64,000 bases of DNA from Epiperipatus broadwayi. Taxonomy: Eukaryota; Animalia; Onychophora. The translations under genes and the position numbers were made by a program. The DNA lies in contig JAQFVV010000002.1 in assembly GCA_028023455.1 (NCBI GenBank), positions 4,836,001 through 4,900,000 of the forward strand. Reading direction: 5' to 3'. This document shows positions 38,840 through 53,217 of this stretch, one piece after another (the first letter of the stretch is position 1; the number at the start of each line of letters is the position of its first letter). The notes below the pieces were generated by a model. It was not told where the DNA came from and did not search any database. It was given only the letters and a program-made list of their open reading frames with translations.

Positions 38840-39382
38840 GAAACAAAAACTACTTTTTTTTATTGCATTGCCAAATGTATACCATATAATATTAAATTGT
38901 CCAAGCATGTTACCACTGTTACACAATGCTTTATTTCCCACACTTTCTTACAGTTTACAGTTTTGATTGCCCCAGCACTTCAGAACTTTATATCTCCTAA
39001 CCATAACTGTTGAGATTAGGAGATATAAAGTTCTGAAGAAGATTGCTGAGGCAATTGAAACTGTAAACTGTAAGAAAGGGTGGTAACTAAAGCATTGTGT
39101 AACAGTGGTAAAGTTCTTGGACAATTTAGTATTATATGGTATACATTTGGCAATGCAATAAGAAAGAGTAGCTATTATACTTCTTGAAGAAGATAAAGAA
39201 ATACTGGAAATAGAGCTTGTATAAGAAGAAAGAAAAAACAGTTGAGGTTAGGAGATATAAAGTTCTGAAGAATATTTCTGGGACAATCAAAACTGGAAAC
39301 TGTAAGAAAGGGTGTTAAATAAAGCATTGTGTAGCAGTGGTAAAGTGCTTGGACAATTTAGTATTATATGAAACAAAAACTA
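38840..39382. mobile_element. Second HHR fold-back family (232 bp monomer), with a 13 bp target duplication
   Basis: About 38862-39002 is the reverse complement of about 39016-39160. Direct-repeat period of 232 bp (39018 versus 39250). GAAACAAAAACTA at 38840-38852 and 39370-39382. Confidence 0.9.
39029..39069 (+). ncRNA. Minimal type I hammerhead ribozyme with intact core
   Basis: AGTT-CTGAAGA-A-GATTGC-TGAG-GCAATT-GAAAC-T-GTA|AACT: 4 bp helix I, 6 bp helix II and a GUA site. Confidence 0.7.
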
Positions 39383-39756
39383 ACTGGTAATTATGATTGC
39401 AATTTCAACAGTCACCCCATTATCTCTAAATATTGATCAACTATTAAAGTTTATGCCACAAATCAATTAAGATTTTTAATTAATGTTATAATTCTATACA
39501 GATAATGGAAACTATCACATTAAATTTACAATCTACAACACATATTTAATATAAATTTGAAATAACATTAAAAATAAATACCATAGTTATATAGATAATT
39601 GACACATATGAATATAGTGTGTACAGATATTGTTTTTGGTACTGATTTAGTATGCACTGACAGCAGTTTTGAATTCTAAGAACTGTCCAAAATCCCTTCT
39701 GATTCATCCAAATAATAAATGTCACTGATTTTTCTACATGGGATCATGATATTGCC

Positions 39757-40110
39757 ATTCATTATAAAATCGCAATTTACATCAATAATTAAAAATTTAA
39801 AACACAAATTTCATATAATTATGCTTGATCTAATCACATGACTAAAACAAAATTTCTCAATTTATGTAATCATGACCATTCGTTACAAAATCGCAATTTA
39901 TATCAGTAATTAAAAAATTGCAAATTTCCTACAATTATACTTGATCTAATCACATGACTAAAACATACAAAGTCACAATTTACATCAACAATTCTAAAAT
40001 TAGTGCACAACTTTTGTACAACTGGGCAATCATAACCATTCCTTACAAAATCACAATTTACATCAATAATTAAAAAATTAAAGCACAAAGTTCATATAAT
40101 TATGCTTGAT
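39757..40110 (+). repeat. Degenerate tandem repeat, 3 units of about 120-160 bp
   Basis: CATTC(A/G/C)TTA(T/C)AAAATC(G/A)CAATTTA(C/T)ATCA(A/G)TAATTAAAAA at about 39757, 39877 and 40037. Confidence 0.85.
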
Positions 40111-40719
40111 TATATGCCCAATCACTGTTGTTACTAATATTGAAATAAAAATAAACCCATAGACTGGAGAAATTTAAAAAAAGATATGAAACTGATAATA
40201 AAATTATTGATTATATATATATTATAACCTAATACTATAGCTATAGTTTACATATATATAAATAGCTATTTAATCGTAATGCTAAAAGTATCCTATTTGT
40301 TAAGGTTTATTTACTGATTTGTGTGTGTGTGCATTAACATAAGATGTAATAAAAACTTTTATCACCTAGAAAGTTGATAAGTTTATCATTTGTATAGTAT
40401 ATATTTTAATACACAAATATATAAAGAAAGAAAGAAAAAGAAATATTAAATTAATATTTCTTTAAATATTTTTATAATTAATTTAAGCATTTGAAAGATA
40501 TCGCTGCCAGCTATGCATAAAAAAATACCTATAGCCTTGAGCTATATAATTAATCAGGTTGGCACATGTAAAAAACGCATTTAGCCATGGGCAACATAAT
40601 TAATTTACTTTGGTATTCATCTACCATTGAGGAAAAATTCCTTGCAGTAATTGTGTGTGTGTGTGTTGTTGTTTTTTTGAAAAGTGCTATCTTATAGATA
40701 AATAGAACTGAAAAGTCAA

Positions 40720-40828
40720 GCGCTATTAGCTGAGAGGTCATCGCGGCCGCCTTGCAAGCAAGAAGTTGGTTCAGACGGTTGTGGGTTCACGTCCTGGCCG
40801 GTGCTATGACATATGAAAAAAAAAAAAT
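40720..40828 (+). mobile_element. tRNA-derived mini-SINE or tRNA retrocopy with an A tail
   Basis: A box TAGCTGAGAGG at tRNA positions 8-18, B box GGTTCACGTCC (40784-40794), partial acceptor stem, A12 tail and an imperfect flanking duplication AAATAG(A/G)ACTGAAAA. Stems are too broken for a functional tRNA. Confidence 0.6.
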
Positions 40829-40847
40829 AGGACTGAAAATTTAAAGT

Positions 40848-41065
40848 CAAAGTCAATTACCAGTTATATAGCCAGAGTTCAATTCACCACTAATATACAT
40901 AGATATCAGCTCACCAGTTATATAGCCAGAGGTTGGTTCAAAATTATTTAGCCAAAAGTCAGTTTTCCAGTTATATAGTTAGAAGTCCATTCACTAGTTA
41001 TATAGCCACAGTACAGTTTTCCAAATATGCAGTCAGTGTCCAGTTGTCAGTTATCCAGTGTTCCA
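40848..41065 (+). repeat. About 27 bp minisatellite, about 8 degenerate units
   Basis: Core CCAGTTATATAGCCA recurs at about 40860, 40914, 40966 and 40993, with decayed units between them. Confidence 0.75.
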
Positions 41066-42179
41066 ATTGCTGTTGAGAAGTTGCTTGGATGTTTTCAAGA
41101 AGGTGCTATCAAGGAGTACAGACTTCCAAACAAAAAGAGGTGGATATATATCACATTCATTTAAACATACATAATGACTGTAAGTAATGTAGAAACAATC
41201 TTTGATCCAATGGAAGGCCTTTAGTTCATGGCCCCTTGTCAATTGGCACAATTCACTTTAAAATATAGTGTGGTGTTTTCATAATATCCAGTCTGAAAAG
41301 TAAGAATGGCTAAAAGTAATTTTTAAATACACATTACTCAATTGGCTCTCTCTTTCTCTCACTTTTATGGAAGTAACTATAACAAATTATAAACGTGGAT
41401 TTTTTTAAAAAAAAAATTCAGAATTATGAATTTATAAGTGGGACAAATTATAATTTTAAACTTTGCATTCACAAAGGTGAAGGCTTTATGAATTTTGTAA
41501 AATGCTAGATTCATATTTCAAAAGAAATATGAAGGACAACCATTCCATGAATTGGAAATTTATAACAAAAATTCATGCTTCAAATGGACTTATCAAGCCT
41601 TGATTTCCTAAAAACTAAGTATGAATGAAGAACTAAAACACATAAATAGACAAACAATTCATCAAGAAGTAAAGAAAACAAAAGAACAACTCATATAAGA
41701 ATTACTTTGGTTTAATTTTTAGTTAACTATGATTAACCTATACATCAATTTAAAAAAAAAAACCATTTATTTGATTATAAATGGTTAAGGATTTGTATTC
41801 AATATAATCGTATAAGTGTGTATAATGTGATTGGTCAGGCATTTGGAATAAAAGAAATATTATTTTTAATTTCAATTTTAATTAACTGCAATGTATTAAC
41901 AATTACAGTTAGATATCAAATGCCTTATCAAAAGATATATTATTTTCTTATATATATATATATTGTACTGTTAGTGATTAGCACTCCACATACAATTTTT
42001 GTTTGCAATCATTAAAATAAAATCGTATATTTAAATAACATAAAGATTTTGAAATTAAAATATATCATTTGAAAAAGAAGAAATTTATAGAAGTCCAAAG
42101 AGTTTTTTTTATTAGTTTAAACAAAACACAGTTTGCTAAAAGTCAGTTCATAAAGTTCCATTCATAAAAATGTCTAAAC

Positions 42180-43070
42180 AGTTTAAAAATAAAATTAACT
42201 GATTATGCACCAAACTTCTCTGGGGAGGAAGGACAGTTGCTATTAGCTTGCGAGATATCCAACAACCATGCAGGTTCAATGGACTGTCATTCCACTCAAT
42301 ACAAGCAATCATTTTACAAAAAACCCATAACACTCTACATAATCTGATCCTCTCCTACGGATACTCCAACATTATTAAAAAATTACACCGACTGATTGTC
42401 CTCCACCCTTTTCCAGTTCATGGATAGCATTCCTAATAGACCACCTACAACTTTATAACCTGACGATGCCCTCTAACCATAACCAAAAAATCACCTTATG
42501 GGAAGCATACAATATAATCAATTATAATCAACAACCCATTAAAACCAGCCTAAAAGTAACTAACCAAAGACTCATTACACACTTCAAAAGATGGAGTCTG
42601 GAACCCAAATTCCTTGACTTCATCATTAAAATTAATCTTAATGTACTTCCCATGAATTAGTTTCTTTATTACCTAAGAAGTTTTACCAGCATTGACCCTA
42701 TATATGGTCTGTGTGCTTGTGAAGATGAAACCATAGACCATATTATACGCCGGTGCCCAAGACTTAAAACACTGAAAGATATAATCATAATCAATTCCAA
42801 CATAAGATCTGATATGATTCTCTCACTTGAAAATGCCATTCACAATGGAACTTTTTCAATAATAAGGCTTTCTACCTTTGTCCTTTATTCCATATGGATA
42901 GTGAGATGCAAAACTCTCATGGAATTACCCCCACCACAAATCATACCATTGTTTTATCAAATGCTCAAAAAATCAAGAAATGTGACCAGCTCCTTGCCTC
43001 CAGTAAAGTCTTTGATGACACCTGGTCTTTAACTGCTCTATCCTTTTCCTGATTATCAACTCCCACCTAC
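42180..43070 (+). mobile_element. Decayed 3' part of an L1/Tx1-like LINE
   Basis: KLLWGGRTVA, then FIIKINLNVLPMN...GLCACEDETIDHIIRRCP (zinc-knuckle-like ET.DH...C) and LYSIWIVR. Confidence 0.65.
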
Positions 43071-46006
43071 CCAGCATTATAGAATAGGCAATTTTAAAAG
43101 AAAATATTCATGTTTATATTAAAAATACTAATGCCATTGAACAAGTTCTTAGTTTTTCATATTCTACACAATCTCTTCATTATACCTAACCACATAAGAG
43201 TATCACAATTGTGTTCTCATAAGATAATCTAGCCAGATGGCAATTAGAACATTATATAATCATATTATTGTACAATTTATTCATTTATTTATCCTTTATC
43301 AGGATGTAATCACTATTTATTGTTAATAAAAATTTTATTGAAATGAAGTAAAGAATAATTAGAGAGGGAAGAAAATTTAACTTGGAAAAAAACTAAACTA
43401 GAATAAATTAAGAAAGTGTACTTAGAAGGTTAGTTTATTAAAAGAAAATGCAGTTAGCCTGAGGGGGGGTAAATGAGAAAATTTTAAATATTAAAGAAAA
43501 AAATTAATTTTAAAACAAAAAAAAAAAAACAATTTTTCCATTTAAATAAAGTAAATATATGTGTGTGTGAATAAAAATTGTATGTAAATATAAAGAAAAT
43601 AATAAGTTAAGCATTAAAAATAAATGAAAATCATAAGTAAAAATTTCCCTCAAAGATTACAAATACTCATAAACTATATAAAACATGATTAGCAATGGCT
43701 ACTAATTAAAATCCATAAACAACAGGATTAATTTAACACGTCTAAGAAATTTAATCAAAAACAGTGGATGAATTCTCAACAATGAAAATAGCTGGTGGGT
43801 TTAAAAACTAATTAAAGAAATGACAACAAGGTCATCACATAAATAGGGCCAAAAATTAGGTCATTCAGTTAGTCTTTCACATATCTAAAAGTCAATTACC
43901 TGTTATACATATTTGTTAATAAAAACAATGCAATGCTAAGCAGTTTGGGGCATGTGATGAATTCCAGCCTCAGTCTGACAGAACATCAGCTCAACTAACA
44001 ATTTGAAGCTGCCAGGAATATCTAGCTGCCTGAAATAAAAGTATCATGGAATAACAATCATTAGAACCTCAACAGAAGCCTAAATCCAACCAGTTGGCAA
44101 AATACACACACAAGCAGCAAACAGCAGGAAGCCTCAATGTTTAAAAATCCTATAGGTAATAAATAACATTTTTCTTATTCCAATTTTTGATATCAATTAA
44201 TGCAGCCATTGTAATCTTTGAAACCTCCAGACTCAGTAAAAGAAATGAACTTTATAGCATGCATAAAATGAACAATTTAACTGTGTGTTTTAATGCTTTA
44301 CATTTATTTAATGCTTTATAATATATTATATTCTATTGTGTGATTTATTAAGAATGTGTGTGATTATTATAAATAAAATTGTTTATTTAATTGAGAAAAA
44401 TTCATAATTAGTTTACAAATTATAGTAAGCATTTTAGTTAAAATAAATTATCTTTGAAAATTAACATTTTGTTGGTCAATTCTTTACTCATACCACTAAT
44501 TAAAACAGAAATTTATTATATCATTCTTTTGATTGAGCTAGTTGGGATTTATTAGGCACTGAATTAGTTTGCTATCATTCAGGGTATGTTGGTTACCTTT
44601 TGTGTAATTAACTGGAGCCTAAAGTTACTCCAAAACAAAAAAGTGCTTTGAATGATAGGTGTTGAATTTTGCAGTCAATAAAATCTGTGGCCTTGAAATG
44701 TAGTTGTAGTTATATATCTTATATAAATATATATGGCTTGGTCACAGGTATCCTCTGGGTATTATGCTTCTCTGCCTAAGGGGCCAGTGCGGAGCAATAC
44801 TTAAATTGTATTGCAGTAGATCAAATTTATAATAAATAATTTTATATCATATTTTTATGTATAAAAGTAAGTCTTACAATTTTGCTTTCCACAAGTTTCT
44901 ATTTCCATTAAGGAGTAAAAATCTCATGTTATATGTGGTTCAAATCGATCTTCTATTCCACCCAGTTCAATATATATATATATTATGTTATTGTTATTTT
45001 TCTATCATTATACAATGTTAATGCATATCACATTTTGTTATGATAAAGTAAACCATTAATGTTAACTATATGTTTCTGTGTACTTTTTCTATTTGTGCAC
45101 TCCATTCAACAGTATTACTTTTGCAATATGTCATCTAATTTTCATTGCCTCCTGAGCTATGTTGAATTAATTGGATGTCATTCATAACATGTCATAGTTT
45201 GAACCTTGGTACTAGTGGCATATTTTGAAACCTTATCTATTTAAACAACTAAATTATCTAGTAACTTGAGCCCTTCTAAAAATATATATATTCCATAATA
45301 GGCAGGAAATATTGTTGTATGTGCTAAATATTATATGTAATCGTATTTATTCATATAATGTACTTGTAGTATGCTTATTATAAAATACCTTAGTATATTG
45401 TCCACTCCGATTGGGGATGGTGGTATAGGAGATATCCCATTACAATATTACAAAAAGGCAGAAATATTCAGAACATCTTTAAAACATATTGTTTTTAGAA
45501 GTGATATTATATATATATTAACTAAACAACAAAACAAAAAATTAAAAAAAAACAAAAACTGTACTTTTTGTCTGTCACTTGTCTTTTTCAGAAATCTAAT
45601 AAAAAGGAGATTAAAAATTTATGGAAAGTTCTTTTTTTGTAATATACTGCTATTATTTTTTATACATATAATGAAGATCACCGATGAATTGATTAAAAAA
45701 ATTTTATCTATTTTTTTTACTTTACTTTTTTTGCTATGGTATTGATGCCATCTTAAATTCATTTCTCTCATTTATTATACATATATATAATCATAATATG
45801 CATTCTAGTTTGTTAATTTGATAAAATGTTTTGCACAGTTTAGTACTGTGATAAAATGTTTAACTGTTGAGCTCAAGATCCATAGGTGGTGATTTTAGTT
45901 ATCAATTTCAATATTCAACTTTCTTATTAATTATTGAGCAATAAATCATATGACTATTTTTTTATCAGATAAATGATTGACATATTAATTTAAGCTAACT
46001 ATTTAC

Positions 46007-46669
46007 ATAAACTTACCATAATAATAATCTGCTATTAAGCTAATGCACATGTGCTTTATGGATTTTAACTATAAATGAATACTCTCACTTTCCAAACACA
46101 AGATAAAGTCTTTGTAAAAAGATAGAATGAATCCATCTATCTTTTTGACCCAAATATTTATGAATGGGCAAATCTTAAGCATTTGGAAATGAGAGTGTGA
46201 AGATATTAAACAATCACTTTAAATTATCTTTACTATGCCTGAATGAATGACATTTGCAAAATTTACTACAATTTATTATACATCATTCTTAGTTGAAATT
46301 AAACATATGTAAATAAGATATTGTTTTATATAGTACAATGTTTAATTTCAACTAAGAATGATGTATCATAAATTCTAGTAAATTTTGCAAGTGTCATTCA
46401 TTCTAGCATAGTAAAGATAATTTAAAGTAATTGTTTAATATCTTCACTCTCATTTCCAAATGCTTAAGATTCACCCATATTTAAATGTTTGGGTTGAAAG
46501 GATAGATGGATTCATCCTATCTTTTCACAAAGGCTTTATCTTGTGTTTGGAAAGTGAGAGTATTCGTTTATAGTTAAAATCCATAAAGCGCATGCGCATA
46601 ACTTAATGGCTGATTATTATTACAGTTTAAAAACATTGTACTATATAAAATAATATCGTATAAACTTAC
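46007..46669. mobile_element. Long near-perfect hairpin (about 290 bp arms, about 30 nt loop) with a 10 bp flanking duplication
   Basis: 46017-46310 is the reverse complement of 46340-46627. ATAAACTTAC at 46007-46016 and 46660-46669. Same family as 8335-8620. Confidence 0.9.
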
Positions 46670-49600
46670 AAGTAAAATATTTATAAATATTCACTTTAAA
46701 TATCATGATTCCATAAATACATTTGTTTTTAAATACAAACAAAGGTTTTGAAAATTTAGTAAATTTTATTTAATCATTATCAAATGAATAAAATTAAGAA
46801 GTTTCTCATTCCTGTTTAGTTTTAATTTCTTTCCAATTATTATCTATTTGAAAATCTTATAAATAAAATGAATATTCAGTATATTTTTTCATTACTTCAC
46901 TATATTGCTAGAAACAAATATAAGTATTAGAATATTAGTTGCAATATAAATAAATATGAACATAGATTTTCAGGTTTTATAAGTTTGTGTATCATAGTAT
47001 TTTTTTTTGCTATAACTAAGATATATATAAAAAAATCAAAAACTTTATATATATATGTACAATCACACTAAATAATGGCATGCAAATCATGGTATGAAAA
47101 TGTTTTCTCTACATATATATTTTTATTGATTGTGTTATCATTATTTGTTGGTTAAATAAGCAAAAAATCTATTTTATTATTCAAGGCTCTTTTATTGATA
47201 AACTAAATTTTTGCCATTATAAAATTTATTGGGAGAATTAATGTACTAAATAAAAAACAAAATATCCCTCTTGTTGATAATTTAACAATTTTTATGATGA
47301 TAAACATTCTACATGTTAAAATTATTATTAAACTAAGGCTTTTAACATTTCCAAAACATATTTTCCCTAGAGAGAGAGAAAAAAAAATAAATGTTTCAAT
47401 TTATTTAAACTTGACATAAAATTAAAATAATTATACTTTTCATTGTCAAGAGTTCTATATAATTTAAAATTATACATATAATCTTAAATGAATAAAGTTA
47501 AAATAGAACTAACAAAATCAGCCTATACCTATTAACATTAAATATTCTAATCAGTCAAACTATTACTTCCATTTCAACCAACCACTATAGATTTTTTTTT
47601 TAATTATATAATATCATGTGCTTATTTTAAAAAGTAATGCTTAATCTTCCAGTCATTTATTCTGATTTTTACAGTATACACTGTTATTAAGGTTACCATT
47701 TTTTCAAATTTAAAAGCAGGACACTTGAAGTAGCTCAGACAGCATGAGTAGTATATGTTGAAAAAATATTACTGAGTATGCTTCTTTTTTTGCCTTTTAA
47801 TGAAGGAACACAACAAAAGAATCAGATGTAGGATTAGAACAAAATGATTTTAATAAAATAAGGTTCAACTAATACTTATAATTTCCTAAACTGTACTGGT
47901 TACATTTCACAATTAGCCAGGACCAATGGCCAGAAAACTAATACTGTACTGGTAAAATCAGTATGTGTGGTCACCTTAACTATCAATGTATATTAAACAG
48001 GTTCTAACAAAAGTTTCAGAATCAACTTCACATTTTTAATTCCACAAATCAGGTCCAGAAACTATTAATTAAATCATCTCTGTGGTGCAAAAACATCACA
48101 TTCTGTTTGAAATTAAAATATGAACTTTCAGTTTAATAAGAATTTGTGTAGATTGTTTAGTGTGCTAATTTTGCTAGGAAAATACTTTTAGAAAAATTAA
48201 GTTTTCTTCATGGCGTTTTATTCAATCTAAAAATAATTAAATTGAACTAGTAATTAAAAAAATATTAAATTGAAATTAAAAATTAAATTTGCTGAAACTT
48301 ATTATATTCAATATATATATACACACCCATATATAGACACACATTAGGATGTATAGTATATCAAATATTAATATATGTTTAAACACATACAGTGTTAATA
48401 TTTTTGAACATTTTCATGATAATTGAACAAAGATATATATCTTACAAATGTCTAAGTGATGAGTTCATATAACATTGATGGTATGAAAATATGCAGTCTT
48501 TTAGAAAAGATTCGATGTGATTGTTGTCATGATAGATGTATGACTATTTGGTGTTTTTCCATATGATATGGTGTATGAATATATTCTATTTGAAATGGAT
48601 GAACAAATTTGAAAAGCAGAAGTTAATTTTCATAGGAATCCAATATTTTATGAAAAAAAGATTAATTATCACATTGAGCTAGAAGATTATGATCATTCAT
48701 TTGACTTTATAAGTATTTCTATTGTGATTAAAATTTTGGAAAATTATTACAGAGTCTAACCTACAAATTGCATTAGTAGGCAGATTACATAGGTATAGTA
48801 TACAGGTTATTCTTGTTAACATATATGAGAGTCAATCTTCTCTCCAAAATATTTTATAGCAATTTTTGAAAAGTATTTTATGAATAAGATTCAAAACAAA
48901 GGAAATGTAAATAAATGAGGAATAATACTTTTGTCATCTAAGTGCTGCACGTGATCTTTTTTTTTTTTTAATCATGCTTTGGAGATGCTACTGCAAGAAG
49001 TATCTATTCCAAGAAAGCAGGGCTTAATATAAATATTAAAAGATTAAAGTAACGTTTAATGGGTATTTTTTTTTTAAAAAAAAAATTAAGATTGATAACA
49101 AGGAATCAGAAAAAGTTAACCAAATTATTAATATAAATGGCAAATAATTCGATGATTAAATTAATGAGTTACAGTCAAAATAATTCCATTTTGTAGAAAT
49201 AATTTAATATTTAAAAATATGAATGTTTCTTGGGGGGGGGGGTATTTTTAATGAATATGTTTTACCAATGCTTACTTATAGATGTGAAACTTAGATACAG
49301 AAACTGCACCCATGCAGAAAAATGTGAGAAATTTAAATTAGGGTTATCAGGAAGAAAGCATGTGAGAAATACACATTTAATATGCTAAATTAGAGTTGGA
49401 TTAAATATATTGCTAGAAAATATGGTAATAGATAAATAATTGAAGTCTTTATCTAAATCAAAAAATTTGTCATGCATGATGATGATGATGATGGCGATAT
49501 TTAAACATAAAATCCAATGCTAATTTATTTTTAAAAAGTATTATTAAGAGAATTTTTAAATTTTATTTCTAGGTTTTTTTAAAAAAATATTTATAGCTGC

Positions 49601-50109
49601 AAAGCTTATTTATATAAGTCGCGATTGAATGAGTAAATAAAAGAGAAATATTATTTGTAGTACAGTACATAAATGACAAAATGTTAAATTTATCATTAAA
49701 CTGATAAATATTGTCATTATTATAAAAGAGTTTTATCAGAAAAGCTTCGGTTAGTTCATTCAAGTGTAAAGAAAGACTTAAATAAAATACTTTGACAGTT
49801 TTGAAAATGATAGAGATCAAAGCTCTTTTAAAGTTACTATTTGAAAATCTTTTAAAATAAAAGAATCATTATTTTTGTAATGCAAACTTTGTATTAACTG
49901 GCTTTGATATATAACTATCTTAATGTCGCTAATGCATAAAATTTGACCCTAATTAAATTAGTCATAACTTTTGAACACAAAGTCTGAAATTTGACTGCTG
50001 CTATTTTAAAACCTATTTGCAGTAGAACTAAAAGCTTGAAGTTAATATATCAAATAGTCAGAATATTTTACATCGGAGAATTTATATATTACGATTAATT
50101 TGGTTTTAG

Positions 50110-50400
50110 TAAAGGATATGAAACATAATATGTCTACATGTTTGAAAAGGAAAGTTTTTAAGAAATATGTTTTATTAGTTCTTACTTATAGATCTGAAAC
50201 TTGGACAATTAATGGGGAATAACACAGAGATGTCAACTCATTCAATGAAGTATGGAAAGATATATATTTAAAGTAAGGAAGAAGAGATTGAAAATGAAAT
50301 GTATGGGTGAGAGAGCAAACATATCACTGAAAAAAGACACTAAATTATAGTTAGTGCTAGATGAAATGGTAATAAATGAAATTTTAAGTTGAATCCCAAA
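50110..50400 (+). mobile_element. RTE-like LINE fragment similar to the 6.6-8.0 kb element
   Basis: NMSTCLKRKVFKKYVLLVLTYRSETWTIN versus NMPMCLKRKVFNKCVLPVFTYGSETWALN. Confidence 0.75.
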
Positions 50401-53217
50401 AATTTATAGACCTAGAAAAATACCACATGTGTAATTAGTTGTCTACATATATTTATTTACTATAACAATAATAAAATAGCTTATGATTAAGCCACTGCAA
50501 TGTAAACTTCAACTACAATACTTTAAAAAAATGAAGGCAATTCTCAACATGTTATGCAATCTCTAGATAGTATTATTGACTAGTGGCATTCACTGTAGAA
50601 CAAACAGCTATTTGAAAAAAATAAAAATAAACTTGCTGAAACCTAAAAATTTCCAAGTTTCATCTAGCCAGAATTCCAACCCCAAATCATAAGTATATGA
50701 GAGTGAAAGTAATTGATGCTAAATACAATTCCTTATATTCAAATTAAATGTTATTTGATCTATAACCTGTTGGACTGAAAGCATAGGAGATCTTTTATTT
50801 GAAGAATTATAGTTATCAGATTTATTATAAATTAGTTTTTCAATGAATGTCCCTTTTTATAGTTTGAAAACTTCTATCCAATTTCATAAGCATATTTAGA
50901 AAAGGGCATTAGAAATGAATTGTTGTTTTTTTATACTGATTATATTTCTAAATTTTATAATAGTGTTTTTATTGAAATAAATCTACATTAAGGCTGGAAA
51001 ATCAAGAAGAAATATTCTACAAGCTAATAGATTAATTCTTTGGTGGTATGTTTGTATTGAGAATTTTCATAATTAGGCTTGCATTACCTTTCTTTAAATT
51101 ACCTTTGCGTACTTTATGAAGATTTAAAATCTTCCTAAAAATAGACATTTTATCACAACTTGTTGAGCCTTGGCTCTAAATCTAGATTATTCCTTTTTTA
51201 AAACTGTTCATTAAACTAGATGAAACAGCAAATCAAATATTGAGAGACATTCAGACAGTTGCATTGATTTTTCTTCAAACAACATTTAAATTAGTAAAGG
51301 CTTTAAAATTTTTCTCTTAGTAGAATCAGATTTTTTCTTATTAGGGATCTAATTATTATTTAATAATATTTTATTTGTATGGATGTTATGTTTCAACAAC
51401 ATTTTGAAGTTTTATCCTAAGAATTTAGTTCCATGTTTATGCGTTCTGCCACTCCAAAAATATAAATACATTAAAATAAAATCATCATCATAATAAAGTT
51501 AATTTAAATTAGCCTAATATTATCATTCAAACTTCCCAATGTTTCATTTTTAGATTAATTCATGAGATTTATAACAATATTTTATATGAAAATAATCTCT
51601 ATTTAATCTATTCTAGAACTGCATTCTTTTATAAAACGAAGTAATAGGTAGATGTTATATTATAATGCTTATTATTGGCATCAAATTGTTAACTCATGTT
51701 TGCAATAATTATTAGAACTAGAGTAGAATAGTATGACGTATTCTAGAAAAACATTGTATAAGCTGGAATAATATATTTTAATATTATTTATATGATACTT
51801 ATTTGAAAGCTTAATTCATTTCTGTTAAGTTTTAACATAGCTTTTATAATTCAGAATAAAAAAAGACTATTTTTAATTATTATTTTTTATACTTGCTACA
51901 ACTTTATCATCAAGAATTTGTTTTCTAATTTTTATTTATTTAGCATAATTTGGCTTACTGCATTTTAAACTTTGCTACAAATTTTAAACTTATCCTTTTA
52001 TATGCAAAATGTTACCAAAGTCAGGCATCATTTATCTTTGTTTACTTATTTTAAGATAGCTTCTATAAATAAAAAATATTGTAGATTTCCTTTATATTAA
52101 ATTTAACATCTTCATTAAAAGTAATAACCCTTTCTATCACTTAATTCTCCAAACATCTATGTAAGCATAAATAATCTCAATTGTGACTAAATACAGTAAT
52201 CTTATATAGAATCTATTAATTTATTATATAAAAAATTTCTAGAATGGAATTTTTACTATTTTTAATGGAAAAGTTAAATATAAGCTAAATGTCTCATGTG
52301 ATACCCAATTTAATGTCCATCATGGTTTTAGCATTTTCTTAAGGTTAATAAAACTTATGGACATAGACATAATATTAAACTCATATATGCATGCAAATTG
52401 ATTTAGCTTGAATTGAAAATCTTTGAATGATGAAACTTTCAAATTTTTAGCATGAACATATAAAAAATATAAAACTCACTTAATGATGCATATTAGTAAT
52501 TCAAAACTTCTCTCTGATAACAGCCAATAAATTAAAACTAATCTGAATAATCAATTGGCAATATCTATTTGATGTCTGTTGATTACTTCCCAGAATACAT
52601 TAATAAAATAGATTATTACTTATAATTTAGATGCTTTAAGATTCCAGTGATTATCTTTCAGTTTTGATAAACCTTTCTTTAACAGTTCAATTATGATGTT
52701 AGGATTCAATAATAATGAATTGGTAGTAGTTAATATTATTACCAAGTGCACTGATTCCTATGATTATAGCTCAGATTATGTTTTGATTTAACTTTATACT
52801 CATTAATTAAATATAAATCTGTAATTATATATATTGAGTAATTTTTAAAAACTCTTAATGTGCATATGCTTGTATAAATTGTATGATGGGTATTATGCAA
52901 ATATATACTTAAAATATGTATGTAATGATAATGAAACTTAAATCTAATGTAAAAAAAATGTAGCTTAAGGTTGTTCTTTCTGATGATCCATTCATGATTC
53001 ATAATTATTCAGTTTGTGAGTCATTAATTGCATATTCTAAGATCCATCATCATGTTCTAAATCCTTTGATATTGGTTTTTTTTTTGGAGAAGTGCACCAA
53101 ATGTTGATGGCTAAGAATCGCTGGAAAAAAGTTTAGAATGAATAATTGACATACTTCTTGAATTTTCATTTGGAATGCCATTAATTCATGATTTTGGAAT
53201 GTTTTGATGCACCTGGA

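Noticed and set aside
40720-40805. Functional tRNA-Ala(UGC) gene
   Set aside because: The anticodon, D and T stems have several mismatches, and there is an A tail with a flanking duplication.
46225-46275. HHR in the 46 kb hairpin family (CTGAATGA...GCAAAA, or CTGATTA on the other arm)
   Set aside because: The core is non-canonical and helices I and II cannot be formed convincingly.
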